A stretch of 58,890 nucleotides of DNA, filler included, from Sphacelaria rigidula (lineage: Eukaryota): NCBI GenBank assembly GCA_964200075.2. It is 10 parts of 10 records of this genome, joined end to end, with 100 filler letters (N's around TTAATTAATTAA, not from the genome) between each part and the next. Parts side by side here need not be neighbours in the genome. Positions count along the whole stretch, not along the records: positions 23,597 to 29,395 come from CAXNAA020024382.1; positions 29,496 to 35,294 come from CAXNAA020024383.1; positions 35,395 to 41,193 come from CAXNAA020024384.1; 7 more parts are not named here. One strand, written 5' to 3'. Below the pieces are notes generated by a model that saw only the letters and a list, made by a program, of their open reading frames with translations, was not told the DNA's origin and did not search any database. Positions 25,567 through 38,048 of this stretch are shown here, piece by piece (positions within the stretch are counted from its first letter, which is position 1; each line of letters starts with the position of its first letter). The position numbers and the translations under genes are program-made.

Positions 25567-26629
25567 CCTAACTGTGTGCGCGTGCACAAAGCGCATCCGC
25601 ATACTTATTCCTACTACAGTTGACGAGATTTTACTCATTGATTCTGTTCATGCAAGACTACAGCGCTCTAGTTAACATCTATCGAGCCGCCTTTGGGGAT
25701 GTTTGGGTGCCAATTCGAGAGCAAAACTCCGAAACGTTACTTCATTGCGGACGGTCGTATAATCGGTGCCGTCTGGAGATGGGTTGAATCGTATCTTATG
25801 GAGCCGATGCGAACTGAGGTGGTGGGTTTATTTCATGCCTTGTGCAACTCGTATCATATCCTTCACTGTATATTGTAGCACCCGGACCACATTTGCTTTG
25901 CTGAGCTTGACAGCTATTGTATAGATCCACCATCGAGACAGGCGATATGATAGCCCATGGCGGGTACCTTAACCGTCCCAGTGCTCTGTGGTTTGTTTGC
26001 GTGTTATAGGTGCCAACATGTCGGAGAAGCAAGGCTTCTGGTGTCCGTGTTGACTGAAAATGACACAGTACGGTCACCAACACCCGATTCCTCCCAACGT
26101 GTTTTTCAATGTCACGCAAGTCGCTGCTGCTACCTCGATACGGAACGGTTCCCCATCGAACGAAACACACCGCGCCCAGCTGAATCGCGGCCCAGTGCCC
26201 ATCTGCTTTGCAAGTCATTTTGTTTCAGTAGGCCTATATGCTTGCGCTGTTCAGGATGCAACAACCACACGCTGGATGAAGTGGGACAAGTTGCGATCCC
26301 GCTGACAAGTCACGTTCAACATAGGCATATCGAATATTGTTTTTTCATTCTTTTTCAATTCGTTCGAAACTGCTGCCAAAAGAAATGTTTTCCCGGAATC
26401 AGACTGCCGAAAATGCGCTCACTGCAGTATCCTCGTGAGGGTGAAGGCGACGAGCGGCCCAACAAGGAAATCATGTGTCGATAGAAATCGATGGAAGGAA
26501 ACAGCATGGCAGTTTTATTCTCTCTTCTCGCTGCTAACTCTTCCCCTTCCTCGGGACAAGTCCTTGGTGTAGTGGTGTAGTGGTGTAATGGTCTAGACCA
26601 CTAGGTAGAATGAAGCCCAAGTAGATTCA

Positions 26630-26707
26630 TATAGCGGGAATCGAACGCGCCTCCTCCCCTCCCTCCTGATGCCACTTGTACTGCTAGACTACCAGGCCAC
26701 GGTGATG
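26630..26707 (-). mobile_element. tRNA-derived SINE head
   Basis: Minus strand reads ggcctggtagtctagc ... gcgttcgattcccg. Confidence 0.45.
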
Positions 26708-27496
26708 TTTCAGAGTGCGATACAAAAGGGATCACATGACATCTTGCTAGGTCGTGTTCTCTGTGTCGGTCAGAATGCCAAGTATGCTCAGCCTTGCCAT
26801 CGTTTGCCTGATACAGTGATCAGCTCTGCGACATACCATCTAGCAAGATGCCCTACTGTCTGTCGGTATCGTATGTAATTACTCTGTGCTAATGTATTCG
26901 GTGCCCTTCCATTTTATTCTTCGGCATGGCAGGATTTCGTGCTTGAGGTGGGTCGTCGACTACACCCTGATGATTTTGGTCGGCTCCATGAGCGTTGGTC
27001 ATATCACGAACAATAGATGGCCTGCTAACTTTCTCGGCGAAGAATCGTTTTGACAAAAGCAGTTACGTTTTGCGAGCGTTGCACATATACATGCAACTGG
27101 TTGGGTGGAATGTTTTACTGGTGGTTGCTCACAGGTAAGACAGTGAATATCCAATCCGACAATGGATCGTATGAGTATGGGATACTGGAGCATTTGAAAT
27201 GAGAATAGACGGTCTCTGAATCGGTTGTACTTCGATACGGGCCTACCTTCCGAAAAGGAGAAAGTGTGTCTGGATCGAAATATTATGCGCGGAGAAACGG
27301 ATACCTGCCCTGGGTTCGTTTCATCGAGCCTTGAGAATGTTCCCGAGGAGGTGCGGTCATGCAGAGGGAAAGAACACCTTCGAATCGTCAAATACACCAT
27401 TTTCACACGAGTCATTCTCGGGTCGTATAAGAGTTGGTTCAAATCTATGTCTTATCGGGACAAGAACAAAACCAAAATAACACACTCGGGTTGATG

Positions 27497-28310
27497 TGAT
27501 TCCTCTCGGCGATACCTTTTCCCCCTTAAAAAACAAACAAACCGAAGCCAGGATCGATCCTCGTCTTTTGTGCGTTATGCCGTTTTTTTATAACTGCTCT
27601 CGGACTTTCTTAAGCCCGTGTTTGGGCTATTCGGGGAAAATCAAAAAGCTCGTAGAGGAACATTCATAGTTATAGCAAACACAGTTCGATCCATGCGGAG
27701 ACGTGACACACACCAAGGTACGATCACATATCAACTCCTGACGCCCACCGTTCCCGACTAAAGAGAGCATGACCTCACCCAGTCGTGGCTGTTGATCAGC
27801 TGAGTAAAATGTCCTCGATTTGGGGCGAATCTGTTCTGAATGGAAACTAGATCCAGAGATTTGCATCAGACCCTCCCACCAAAAACACAGACATGGGGTC
27901 AGCGACTGCACATCTTGGTAACGTTTCTGGCATGTACAAGGCGACCCCTCCTGCAGTACTGTACTGAATTAGTTGGTGTGGATCTAAGATCGCTGCGTGC
28001 AGATGAACGAGAACTAGCGCCGGATAAAATGCGCTTGGGTGGCGGGTCTGTGTGAGAAGTTACTTAAGCTCTGTTGTGCCGGTGTGACGTGTTTCAGTCA
28101 TCGTCCTCGTGTGGCCAGGTTCGGATGTTCGAAATGTTCAGACTATGATAGGTATTGTTGTACATCTTGAGATGGTAAAACATCTCGAGATGGTCAAACA
28201 AAAAAACGTATATTCGGGCCGGTTTGGGCCATATATTACCAACTCTTGTCATTTAAATCTGATGGATATGCCGCTGTTGAGGAAATCATCTTGCCCCCCC
28301 CTCACCTCTA
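27497..28310 (-). mobile_element. Probable 3' LTR with polypurine tract
   Basis: Minus-strand PPT gaggtgaggggggggcaaga then TGATTTCCTC at 28288. A matching inverted end tgattcctc lies at 27497. Confidence 0.5.
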
Positions 28311-28495
28311 GACTCTTGGGTTGGCGTCGAGTGGCAATGACGCTGTAAAACAAGCCACCAAAACCTAGACAAATGTACAGACTGTCACCGTACATGTACC
28401 GGGGACCGCCACTAGAAAAAAAGTCCCGGACCGACGGATACAACATGAAAAAAATGGAACAACCCAATGGTTTCCCCCCGCAAACACATTTTATT

Positions 28496-28845
28496 TAACC
28501 TACCATAACACAGCCCGGACATAGACATGAAATAGAGAAGCTAACCATCATTTTTATCTAACCTACTCTAACACAGTCCGGACATAGACATGGAATAGAG
28601 AAGCTAACCGTACTTTTATTTAACCTACTATAACACAGCCCGGACATGGACATGAAATAGAGAAGCTAACCCTCTTTTTCATTTAACCTACTATAACACA
28701 GCCCGGACATAGACATGACATGGAGAAGCTAACTCTCCTTTTTCTCTAACCTACTATAACACAGTCCGGACATAGACATGACATAGAGAAGCTAACCCTC
28801 CTTTTTCTTTAACCTACTCCAACACAGTCCGGATATAGACATAGA
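28496..28845. repeat. Minisatellite, about 5.6 x 63 bp
   Basis: taacctactataacacagcccggacatagacatgaaatagagaagctaacc.. units start at 28496, 28559, 28621, 28684, 28747 and 28810. Confidence 0.95.
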
Positions 28846-29495
28846 ATCGCGGAAAAAAACCGAGATTCTTCCTCAACATATAATAACAAACGCAAGACAA
28901 GAATAAATCCAAAACCTAGACATGTAAACAACAGCATGAAGGTTGACCACCTCACATGCAAATGAAAAGTACAGAAGGTATAACCAGTATGGATAGGGTA
29001 GGGTCATCACCCCCTCCATGTCAAATTCACATGGAGGTTAGGGTCTCGTGGTGAGATACCCGTCAAACCTCACCGGCTTTCAGTAGGCGGTGGAAGTCTG
29101 GTCAGCCATTTCCAATTTTTTCCGACATTAGGTGCAAAAAGCGCCTAATGAAGGGAGGGGGTGGACAATGCATGGCATAAATGCCAAGACCTATTGCACT
29201 CATGAAACAATCACCTTACCGATGACCGGCCACATGATCTACGAGAAGGAGCACCAAGCAGTACGTAGACTTCTTGAGATCTTGAATGATACAAGCTGGT
29301 ACAAAGTGTGGGGCAATCGTTGGCCAAGCTTTCGGCAGCGAAGGTCTACTCGGGAGTATTGGTGGAGTAGAGACCCATGGTGAATCGTACATGAANNNNN
29401 NNNNNNNNNNNNNNNNNNNNNNNNNNNNNNNNNNNNNNNTTAATTAATTAANNNNNNNNNNNNNNNNNNNNNNNNNNNNNNNNNNNNNNNNNNNN

Positions 29496-32384
29496 CGGTA
29501 AAGGACCGAAATAGTCAAATGACACCAGGTGACCGGGAGCATTGGGGAGGCTCATGGAAATAACTGGCCAACGGATGGTTTGCCGGGAGGTTTTCCGGGC
29601 TTGACATTTAAAACATCGCCTAATCCGAAAGCGGGTTGACGCTTCCATACCAATCCACCAGTAGAAACGCTCAAGTAGCGGTAACGTGCGCGTGACGCCA
29701 AGGTGGCAAGACAAGTCTGAATGACATCCTGTCATTACCCATGGGCGCATCAAGAATGGAACATAAATGCGAGTGGGCTCATCATCGAGCAAGCGTACAT
29801 GGCGGTCAGTGGCAGCGGTTAAATGTGCACTGGAAGGAGATGTCGGGCGACAAACCAGTACTTGAATACCGGCATCGGTTGTAAAAGTAGTACCTTTGCG
29901 GGCAAGTTCAAAGACATCAGAGGCGTGCGGGGGTGGTAGTGTACCAACCGAGACCAACACTGTTTCTGGAATTGAGACAGGACAGCCAAGGTGCAAATAT
30001 TGCATGGTAGCCCGGCATAAAGGCTCGGCCTGTTGTTCACGAGCCCACTCACGATGTGAATAGCTAGCGAGGAATTCGCACAAGTGATCTTCGGCAGGAG
30101 AGCCAACCAGACATGGGGGCTCAGAAGGGGGTGGAACAGGAGACGGAGCGGGGACACCAACATCAATTTCTACGTCGGGGTCAGGGTCCGAAGTGTTCGT
30201 CTTCTCTTCAGAAGGGATGCTCGAAGAGTGTACCGCAGAAGGCGGCGTGGGCGTGCGCGCTGGAGAACGCGATCGACGTCGGGGAGGCGATTTTTGTGTG
30301 ACTGGTTTTGACAAGGTCATCGACGCGCTGTTGCGGGGAGACAGTCCTCCGTCGTTCGGAGAATGAGGACGCTGAATCGAGGGCGGCGGTACGCGAGGGA
30401 TGTTCGCGCGGGCGGCAGACCGAGAGCGTGTATTGTCCGAAACAAGATGAATAGTAGTAGGTGGCGGTACGGAAAGATTCGCACGAGGACCGAAAGTACG
30501 GAAATCAGCGAAATCGGCGGTGGCCGGTTTCAATCCACTCAACACTGCGTCGTGGGGTAGAGGGCGGGGTTCACCCATGTGCGTACCTGTTTCAGGGCAG
30601 TGGAGATCAAGGGCGTAGATAGGCGTTGAAAAGCGCCGAATTGGATAGATGCCTGGCTCATCAGGTTCTGTCAACCCACAAGCGGGGCTAGTATCCACAG
30701 CCGTAGGAGGCAGCGGAAGGCGGTAGAGAAGATCAGCATTCCCATTGGTTTTTCCTGGTCGATGTTTGACTGTATATTGGTAGGCTGTCAAAAACTCTAA
30801 CCAGCGTTGTACGCGCGGGTTATGTTCACCAACCTTCGCGAGTTGTTCAAGGGCCCCATGATCCATATAAATCTGGAAGGGGACGTGGAACAAGTATTGT
30901 CGAAGTCGTTTTATAGCCCAGGTAATAGCTTCACCTTCTAACTCCAGGGGGCTCCAATCGACTTCATTGGACAAGGTTGCACGGCTGATGTAAAGGATGG
31001 GTCGCACGGAGCCATCAAGTTGGGGCTGATTCAATACCGCGTCGAATCCATCTATACTGGCGTCAGTATGTAGTTGAAAGAGGCGAGAGCCGTCTTGCAC
31101 GGCGTCCCAGTCCGGAAAACAAAGAATCGGTTTTGCGGTAAGTGTTTTGAAAAAATCGCGTACAATGACTTCCATATCTTCTGTGAAGACAAACGCGACG
31201 CCTTTTTTAAGGAGGTCCGTAATGGGTCGGATCCGTTTGGACAAATTTGGCAAAAATTTGCGATAGTACGACAGTCCACCCAACAAGGAGCGGAGCTGTG
31301 AAATGTTGGTAGGCATGAGCATCTCGGTCATTGCCCGTTCTTTATTAGTGTCCGGGTGTAGACCCGCCGGTGAAATAGAGTGGCCTAGAAAATCCAATTC
31401 AGTCGCACCGAGGCGAGCTTTTGACGGAGACAATTTTAAATCGTGTGTCCGGAGGCGAGAGAAAAATTCTCGAAAAGTATGCATGTTTGCGGGGGGAGTA
31501 GCATCGAAATCGATAGCATCATCCAAGTACATGAGGACATGTTCGAGTCCATCTGTGACTCGTTGCATCAAACGTTGGAAGCAACCAGGAGCCGTAGCGG
31601 CACCTTGTGGCATCCGGAGCCACTCGTAAAGGCCGGAAGACGTACAGAACGCTGTTAACGGAACTGTATCTGGGTGAATGGCATTCTGGAAAAATCCAGA
31701 GGCAAGATCGAAGGTGCTGAAGAGTTTCCCTTCGCCCAACGAATCAAAAACTTCATCAATGCGAGGGATGGGAAGTTTGCCCACGACAGTGACGCGATTC
31801 AACCGCTTATAATTAACGGTGATACGTATGTTTCCATCTTTTTTAGGGACTACCACTAGGGGCGAAGTCTCTGGAGAGGAGGAGTGCTGAATTAACCCAG
31901 CTCCTAAGTACGCATCCAAGATAGCATTAACTTTTTTAGTAAGGATGGGGTTCGTCCGATAGGGGCGAGAAGCGATTGGTGAAACACCAGGTTGAAGTGT
32001 GATTTTGAAGGGGAGCGTTTTGCAGTGCCCCAGATCCGTTTTGGATCGAGAAAATCGATCTTGATACTCCAATAAAACATCGCGTAGTTCTTTGATTACG
32101 TCGGGCTCCCACCCGGGTCCATGTAAATCAAAGTTAATATCACGCAAGTGGGGTGGCAGTTGCCTCCACAGCTGCAAAAAACTTTCTCGGGACTCCGGTG
32201 ACAAGCGTGTGAGCACTTCATCAGGAGGGTCGTAAGTAGAGTGACCTGGTTCCACGACATGAATATGCGGGGGGGTGAGGTCGAAATATGACTCATCGAC
32301 ACAATTAACAGAGCCGTTGGTCGAAGACGCAGATTTGGGCGCCATTGGTTGAGTGGCACATGTCTCGAGTGGAATGTGCAACAA
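29496..32384 (-). CDS. pol: Ty3/gypsy pol polyprotein (RT, RNase H, integrase N-terminus), partial, uninterrupted
   Basis: SPLVVVPKKDG..VNYKRLN, FSTFDLASGFFQ, TAF.T..GLYEW.RMPQG, YLDD, FLGH, LHTDAS, ELE, RVQRW, integrase H..CHLG..CFKC. RT-RH-INT order. Truncated by the contig end and at about 32400. Confidence 0.96.
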
Positions 32385-32402
32385 GGGCGCCGCGGCGATA
32401 CG

Positions 32403-32790
32403 TGTGATGAAGCTCAGAGGCGTTGCAAGATATACTCTGCGGGTCTGCTCGTAGACCCTGGATTCCGTGACGCGTTGTTATCGTGTTTGCTACTGTCATT
32501 AGTTAGGGTTGTTTATTCTCGGCCGCAGGCCGCCTCGCCCCATCTTGATCAGTTGCTGCCCTTGCCGTGGTCTACCCTGGGCCATCTCTACGCTCTGCTC
32601 CTATGGCTGCCCTGCGGCTGTACTGAGTAAGAGAGCTGCTTGTAGATAAAACATGATGCTAAGCAAACACGTGAGTTCCTTATCAAGAGTCTGAACATGA
32701 ATGAATCTACTTGTGATAAGTCAAGGAAGGATAGCTAGGTCTGTGTGAGTTTGCCCTCGTGGGAGCTTGGTGGGCTGACACCATGGTATC
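32403..32790 (+). mobile_element. LTR-like segment with putative PBS, truncating the gypsy pol
   Basis: Begins TGTGATG where homology to the second gypsy copy stops. Ends ..tgacacca followed by tggtatc, a partial tRNA-iMet PBS match. Confidence 0.45.
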
Positions 32791-34483
32791 TCCTGGCACT
32801 CATACTGATAGACCCCAGCCACTGTATTAGCTAACTCCCTCTTTATGACACCGCGTGGTCGGTGTCAAGATATATTTTGATGGCGCTGGGATCATGTGCG
32901 GTGGTGAACATGCTGGCGCGGCATGCCAAAACTAGACGGTAGAGCACAAAGTGTTCTTGGTTGGCCGGAGTTGTAACCCGGTAAACTGACCATGCAAAAC
33001 GTGCCCGGGCATGTCCACACAACATGGATAAACAAGTGTGTAACTGAAAGCATGGAAGCGTATACAGATGACTGTTGAGATGCGACGCTTTGTGGGAAAA
33101 TATGTTTGACTGTTTGACAATAACGGTTGGTGGAGTGAGATTTCACTTTATTGGCAAGTATTGATGAGACTTGGTAACTGATACGATTCTGGATATTTCC
33201 CAAATCATCACTGTGTCGCGTCAAGCCTCACTCCACGGTGAGGCTCGATATCTGAAATTGTTTCTCCTGTGATAGGTGGCAAGCTAATGCTGGATGGGCG
33301 CGAACCGTCAACGAGCATAACCCCTCGCTGCATGGATCTCTCTATGGACATCGGTGGAGAGAGGAAACAAGGCTTCACGATGCAGACGCCCCCCATTGCC
33401 GTAGCCCGAAACGAGGGGGGCAAGAGAGAGACACAGACTGGAAGCACAAAATGGGGAAGGGGGGGCAGGATGTGATGTGATGATGTGCTTTTCATTGCGC
33501 GTGTTAAAAACAGTTGAGCAAAATTTCGCTCTGCCGGTTCGCAAGGTAGAATTCTGGTACACGATTGATTGTACGCTTGATTGACAGTATGTGTCGAGAA
33601 TTATTGCTCTGCCGGATCGCGATGTAAGAGTTGCGTAGTCTTTGAATGAAACACTTTTTTTCTGTGATCTCTTTCAAATATTGATATCTCGAAGATTTGA
33701 AAAATAGGGCATGTGCACTTGATGATTGCGGTATTCGCATCTCAGGAAAGTTTGGTATTGCTATTTTACAGTATATTCAAACGTGTGGACGGACCCAAAA
33801 AGCGGCCACTTTTCCTCAGACCACACAAGAGCCATTTTAATCATGGCTGTGTAGTTGAAAAAAACGAACTGTTTTCGTTTCACAGAGATTGTGAAATACG
33901 CCAGGCGACCTCCATGCAGACGCCAGTCAGCCCAGCAGAGCGACGAAAGCTAGCTATGATCGGGCTTGCCTGCCGTACTGCCGCCAGCGTTGCTTGAAAA
34001 TCACAAGACGTTTGAAGTTGGCGGTTGATGGCGTGGGTGTCAAATACAACGACGAGTGGTTGATCACAGAGCAGCACCCTTGTTCTTCGTGGGTTCATAT
34101 GTCGCCCCAGGCGGTAACGCGTGACCTCGTCATATCGGAATTGTTTGTTGCTACTGTATGTTCACGCAGCCAGCGCGCGTTCTCCAGATTGCAAAATTAA
34201 CGCACCACGCTCGCAACGGTTAGGCCACTACCATAGGTATCTTTTTTCACTCCCCATGTCGAGAAGGTCTCCACAAGTGTTTGATCTCTCATACCTCCCT
34301 CCCCCCCCCCAAACTGGGGTCTCGCACGCTGTTGTTGTCGTCGGGCACCCAGAGAGTCGCTCACATACATGTCGGGTAAAATCAACGATGAACAACACCC
34401 CCCAAGTTCAAATTGGAAATATCTGTTGTTTTTGCCGCACCACCGCCCTTGCTGGCATGTATGTGACAGAGAACCGTAGTAAA

Positions 34484-34920
34484 CACAGGACCTTACAAGT
34501 TGGGGATGGATCTTTTATTGGGGAGGAGAATCCCGGAGAATGAAAATATTCGTATTCCCACCAAATCTTCGAAACATGGTGCCATTTCTCCCCCTACCGA
34601 TAGCTATTGACAACTGCTACACGCCATGAAAATTGGATTTCGATCACCGAAATGTTGGGATCCTAAGTGAGAAACCAGTTATGGGGAATTCCGGGTGTCC
34701 GAACGGACGCCAAAATGGTCCCGAATTTGTTTTTACCTGGGACCCCAAAGTTTCGGTGATCGAAATCTAAAATTCTATGGCATGTAGCAGTGGTCAATAG
34801 CTAACAGTAGGTGAAGAAATGGAATCATGTTTCGAAGATTTAGTGTGGATACGAAGATTTTATTTCTCCGGGTTTCTCATCCCCAATAAAAGATCCATCC
34901 CCAGTTTGTAAGATCCCGTG
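34484..34920. mobile_element. Foldback MITE with CAC..GTG termini
   Basis: Arms of about 200 bp: cacaggaccttacaagttggggatggatcttttattgggga / tccccaataaaagatccatccccagtttgtaagatcccgtg. Confidence 0.85.
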
Positions 34921-35989
34921 TTAGTAGCGGTGACGGGAACATTGCCCTATTTCTCAACGACATGGTTTTCAGCGCACAGAGGCGCGTCCTGTCCAAAAGA
35001 AGAGGCAGAGAGAAATCGATCTTCGCATTCGCGAGCTCGACAGGCAAGAGGATAAGGAATTTCTCCGCACCTCGATGTTCTGGCACATGAACAATTCGGC
35101 ACAAGCTGGTATAATAACATCGATTATGCCAGTTTCTAGAGTGATTGGTAATCGTCGAGCGACGACACACAAAGGACACGGACGAGGAGTTTCCTCTCTG
35201 TCGCTGCTTCTCTCTCTGGTGATCTCGTCATCGACACGCGTGTAGACCGCATTCGTTAGGTGCGCCTAGCCACAGCTGCTTAACTGCTGCGGACNNNNNN
35301 NNNNNNNNNNNNNNNNNNNNNNNNNNNNNNNNNNNNNNTTAATTAATTAANNNNNNNNNNNNNNNNNNNNNNNNNNNNNNNNNNNNNNNNNNNNCCTGCA
35401 CGAAGCACGCACACACGCACTCAACACACCCTACTTGTAAGGAGTGCACACAGTACAGACCATGTCCCGTTTCACGAATCTCACTGTCTTTTTTTTATCG
35501 AAAGCTTGAAAATCCATCCGGACCCAAGCGCATCAAAACGAGAATGTTCCGCTCGGATCTATTCCACTGCCTTATTTTTTCGATCGGAAAGAAAAGTGCT
35601 AAGACACGCCCTGAGAATGAAAAGCAGTCAATAAGTGAATGAATCGTTTCAGTTCCGAAATACTGCCCCTCCTTGAGGCCCCGATATACTTCTCGTAGTA
35701 GCTCGCCACTGAGGCCCTTGATATCCCTGAGTAGGATATCGACGTGTAGCTGTAAGCACACGCCAATGATGGAGGCAGAGGAAAGCACACACGGAATGAA
35801 AATTTAGCCAAGTTGAAGCGAATGATCAAAGCCACTTTAAATCAGCGCTCCACTCTCAATCTCACGAAAACGTTGTTAATAGTATCGTGACGCACATACG
35901 ATAAGGAGTCCACGTTGACACCATTCTCTCCATGAATGATCGCCCAGTCACAACTGACCTCAGCACCTCGAATAGAGGGGCTTGAGGCG

Positions 35990-36575
35990 GGTCAAAAGAG
36001 GGGGTGATGTGGGGACCATGTATGCATGAGCGTAATGAGCACCGGAATACAGATATAAACCGGAGAAACGCACAGTTTCAGGAACGGGGTCCGCCAGTGA
36101 CATACATGAGCGGACTCGAAACGTTCAAACCTATGAAACTGGATGTGCAGCAACCTGGGCAACGGGGTCTCCGGGAGAAAGAGCTCGGAATTATGGGGCC
36201 ACCGCAGGAACCCTGATTGACCGTTCGCGGTACTGACGTACCGGCTCGGTCAGTCGTTCTTCTTGCCTACCATCGGTCGCGACCAAGTCCTTGCCTAAAC
36301 GGCAAGAGAGAATATCACGCCTCACTTTGGAGATCCTTCGGCAACAGGGCACGACGACGTTCTTCTTCGGAACCTGTAACTCTACTGCCTCACCCCTAGC
36401 GAAGCCTACTACGTATTTACCCGTTTCTGGTCGCCGGGCGCTTGATCGCTCCGCCCTCTGCTGATGTGATCGGTTTAGCACCACCGCTAGACAGTTCCAA
36501 TAATTTACTCTGTGTTTTTGTTTTTATTCAAGAGCGTTTTTTTCTGCCACGATTCTGATCGGGGACCAAAACACA
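35990..36575 (+). mobile_element. PPT plus LTR-like sequence
   Basis: aaaagagggggtga followed by tgtgggg. The right boundary is uncertain. Confidence 0.3.
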
Positions 36576-36692
36576 CACTTTTATTGGAGGTATCTCAAAC
36601 TCGGTTCCCGGTTTCCTGGTTTATTCGCTGGCTCTGGGTGTTGTACTATTTTTTCAGTAAAAGTGACGGTGATTCATAAGAGGACCTGACCT

Positions 36693-37688
36693 GGCGGTCA
36701 TAGGGTCAATGGCAGCCCTGGCCACAGCGGTGGCAGGTGATGGTGGCAGCGCGGCCGGCAGATTTTGAGTCGTGGTGGCGCAAAGACTTCGGCGTGGAGG
36801 AAGACGAGTGGCCGAACACCTCCATCTTCCGCCACTCCTTGGCCTCGGCCACGACGGCGTCCATTGCCAGGTAAGGGTCGGCCTTCCCGAGTGTTTGGTG
36901 CTGCAACGTTAAAAGCACGGCTTGCTTGAATTTTTCCGGCGTTAACCCCTCCACCAAAGCCTTGGTGATTACCGCAGCCGGACCGGGAATAAATTTACCA
37001 TCAGGGGAACGAAATACTAGTTCCACGTTCGGATTTTCATAGAAAATGTTTTTCTAGATTAATCAGGATTGGCTCCACCTGCCCTAGCCTCGTCTTCCCC
37101 CGAGACTCCATGGCGACAGCTTTCGCCACGGCCGCGAACGCTTGGGTCAACTTCACATCGGCAACCGTCACATGCCCAGCATGCTTTTTGATCGCCGCAA
37201 CCAATTGTGGCGGGGCTATTGTGCTCCCATAATATTCCACACGCGCAAACACTCTTTGCATATGCGTCGGCACCTGTTGAGCCATCGACACTACCTGATG
37301 TCCCACCGTACCCCCTACATTAGCGTGCTCCACACGCTTTCTGTACTCTGCGTACTTCGTATAAAAAGTGCGAGATGCACTGTCGGAGTACCTACCCCCG
37401 TATTGGGGAGGTTGCAACTCTTACCGCATAACCACGGGCGTCACGCTGGACGTACTACGCGAGCCGGTCGCCATAGCTGCAGCCGGCTACCTGCGAACCT
37501 TTCGCAGGTCAGCGGGCCTTCGCGAATTGCATACTTCCTTGCTTCGTCGCCGCACCACACTGTTGTCGCCGCACCCTCCAAACTCCCGCTGCACGCAGCT
37601 TCAGCGCGTCTCTAGTCTGGATCAATCACAGGCCAACCGCTTTTTTGTAGCCCTCAGCTGGAACCCTCTCCACGCGTCCGTTGTTCAT
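36693..37688 (-). pseudogene. gag: LTR-retrotransposon gag pseudogene
   Basis: ORF pieces 37037-37417 and 36706-37026 lie downstream of the LTR/PBS. They end in the decayed knuckle C-HR-C-GQGC-H-*PYD-R (CX2CX4HX4C). Confidence 0.75.
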
Positions 37689-37780
37689 CAGGTTTTCCAC
37701 AGCTAACAGACTCTTCCGCCGAAAATCTTGCAGCAGGTTCCGCCAGGTACTATCTCTAGCACTGATACTAATATCGATAT

Positions 37781-38048
37781 TGTGACGCCAGCCAGAAGAA
37801 GAACCGGTGGATCACTGCTGTTGAGGGACTCCCCAGTCTTACTGGCCTCAGTTTCAGTTGTCAGCCTTAACAGTATCTCATTATCAGGAGTGCCCTTCCA
37901 GGCACCAACCTCCTAGACACGCAGGGTATCATCCCCGTGTCCCCGGTCATTATCCAGAATCCTCCCAGAATCCTCCAGAATTCCCGTGCCCCCAGTCATT
38001 ATCCATATCATCACTACCAACTCAACGTAATGGCGTATTATCGTCACA
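37781..38048 (-). mobile_element. 5' LTR (268 bp) with degenerate tRNA-iMet PBS
   Basis: TGTGACG..CGTCACA termini. Followed on the minus strand by atatcgatat and then tagtatcagtgc (10/12 match to tggtatcagagc). Confidence 0.75.

Noticed and set aside
25796..26330. Second hAT transposase relic (CILNSA, VRWGT)
   Set aside because: The motif resemblance is too weak to call without a profile search.
28496..28845. CRISPR array
   Set aside because: Units are near-identical over their full length, with no unique spacers, no cas genes and a eukaryotic context.
27497..32400. One continuous gypsy element from pol to LTR
   Set aside because: The two halves are separated by an artificial linker between unrelated equal-length contigs.
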